This document shows, in pieces, positions 63,299 to 64,000 of a stretch of 64,000 bases of DNA (positions are counted from its first letter, which is position 1; the number at the start of each line of letters is the position of its first letter). A program made the translations under genes and the position numbers. Origin of the DNA: an uncultured Dehalococcoidaceae bacterium (GTDB taxonomy: Bacteria; Chloroflexota; Dehalococcoidia; Dehalococcoidales; RBG-16-60-22); assembly GCA_964503235.1 (NCBI GenBank), contig CAZCZJ010000001.1, forward strand, positions 5,851 to 69,850, read 5' to 3'. The notes under the pieces were generated by a model. It saw only the letters and a list, made by a program, of their open reading frames with translations, had not been told where the DNA came from and made no database searches.

Positions 63299-64000
63299 TC
63301 ATCCCTTCACGGTATATTGAACCCACAGTTTGTCCGAGCTGCGGTCGCATTTCACCGATCTCAGGAAACTCTGCCACTCGTTCTTGGATAGGGTAGCCGG
63401 TTTTTTCATGGTCTGAGAAGTTATGGGTATCCTGTCCGTCCGGAGAAGTCTATTTCTCGTCTTCTCCTCGATGCGCTCCAGGAGTTTTTCCGCGGGATGT
63501 TCCCAGCGCATTTTTTCATTAGCCCATTTCTGGTCAACAGGTATCAAGGCAACCAGTTCACTGTCGTCCATCATCTCCAGCCCTTTTTCACGCAGCGTGG
63601 CGTTACGACTGCCGTGGTGCCCGACCTTGATGACCGACGTGCGGTTCAGGAGGTCCTCAGCGGTTACGGTTTCTTTTACCCGGGTACCGATGGTCCACCG
63701 GAGTTTGTGCCAGGAGAGCCAGTTGCCCACCTGGGCATCACCGACGAACAGAAGAACCTTGTGCGGTTGCGACTCGATGAGTTCAAAGGCGAGTACCAGG
63801 CTGATACCTTCTTGGTATAATTTGGTGACAAGTTACGAAGCTTCAACTCATTGATATAGGTATCAAATAGCGTATCATTATCAAGCTGGCGGAGTCTTAG
63901 CTGTGATGCAAGATTGGGATTTGCTGATAGGATTAATGAGAGGACTTCATTGAAATCAAACTGATGCTGTTTTTCAGATGGTGGGCGGTAGAGGACTTGA
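63299..64000 (-). pseudogene. MBL-fold (ComEC/beta-lactamase-like) hydrolase gene, apparently frameshifted and running off the window
   Basis: The 3' part reads (..ISLVLAFELIESQPHKVLLFVGDAQ..IKVGHHGSRNAT..) and is open from 63838 to 63299 with no ATG upstream of the GTG at 63730. A different minus-strand frame is open from the window edge (64000) to ~63680 (..DTYINELKLRNL..). The two frames overlap around 63800-63838. Confidence 0.35.

Overview
The window (visually about 50% GC) is densely coding and looks like part of an uncultivated anaerobic bacterial genome. I cannot establish taxonomy from the sequence alone. I see no rRNA, tRNA or CRISPR array.

Gene content, left to right:
- 1-2 kb: the C-terminal subunit of a split transketolase and a bicupin protein.
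- 2-12 kb: a GIY-YIG nuclease gene bracketed by inverted hairpin repeats, then an acyl-CoA cluster. The cluster holds SDRs, an HMG-CoA-synthase-like/DUF35 fusion, an SCP-x-type thiolase, CoA-transferase A/B and an ADP-forming acyl-CoA synthetase.
- 12-17 kb: an FAD / CCG-Fe-S / FAD dehydrogenase cluster bracketed by GC-rich palindromic repeats.
- 17-21.5 kb: an SDR and a CotH-VTC-DUF4956 module.
- 21.6-23.2 kb: a GC-richer monofunctional catalase with a structured leader.
- 23-29 kb: a lipoprotein, a second mosaic copy of the CCG Fe-S gene, and ferredoxin plus tungsten-type aldehyde:ferredoxin oxidoreductase.
- 28.6-29.4 kb: an msrA gene that the ORF track splits in two.
- 29.4-37.2 kb: a small ferredoxin, a zinc-ribbon protein, two tandem FAD-oxidoreductase paralogs, and an IorB/IorA pair whose IorA carries an inserted GltD-like NAD(P)H/FAD module.
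- 37-43 kb: small lipoprotein and VOC genes and a MoxR-DUF58-transglutaminase operon.
- 43.5-62.8 kb: a large alpha-glucan/trehalose supercluster (MalQ, TreZ, GH57, TreY, GlgB, TreS-Pep2, GlgE, GlgP) with an embedded atypical receiver domain.
- Right edge: a frameshifted MBL-fold gene.

Most interesting observations:
1. The msrA split is an in-frame UGA at the catalytic Cys position followed by a SECIS-like hairpin. This points to a signal-anchored selenocysteine MsrA.
2. A structured hairpin repeat with compensatory base changes flanks the GIY-YIG gene in inverted orientation. It also occurs as a cargo-less inverted doublet 5 kb away, an arrangement that resembles RAYT/REPIN systems but with a GIY-YIG nuclease.
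3. The IorA-GltD-ferredoxin fusion.
4. The HMGCS-like/DUF35 protein lacks the catalytic residues and sits next to an apparently active thiolase.
5. Two CCG Fe-S paralogs share a tract of about 0.8 kb that is 100% identical, flanked by diverged sequence.
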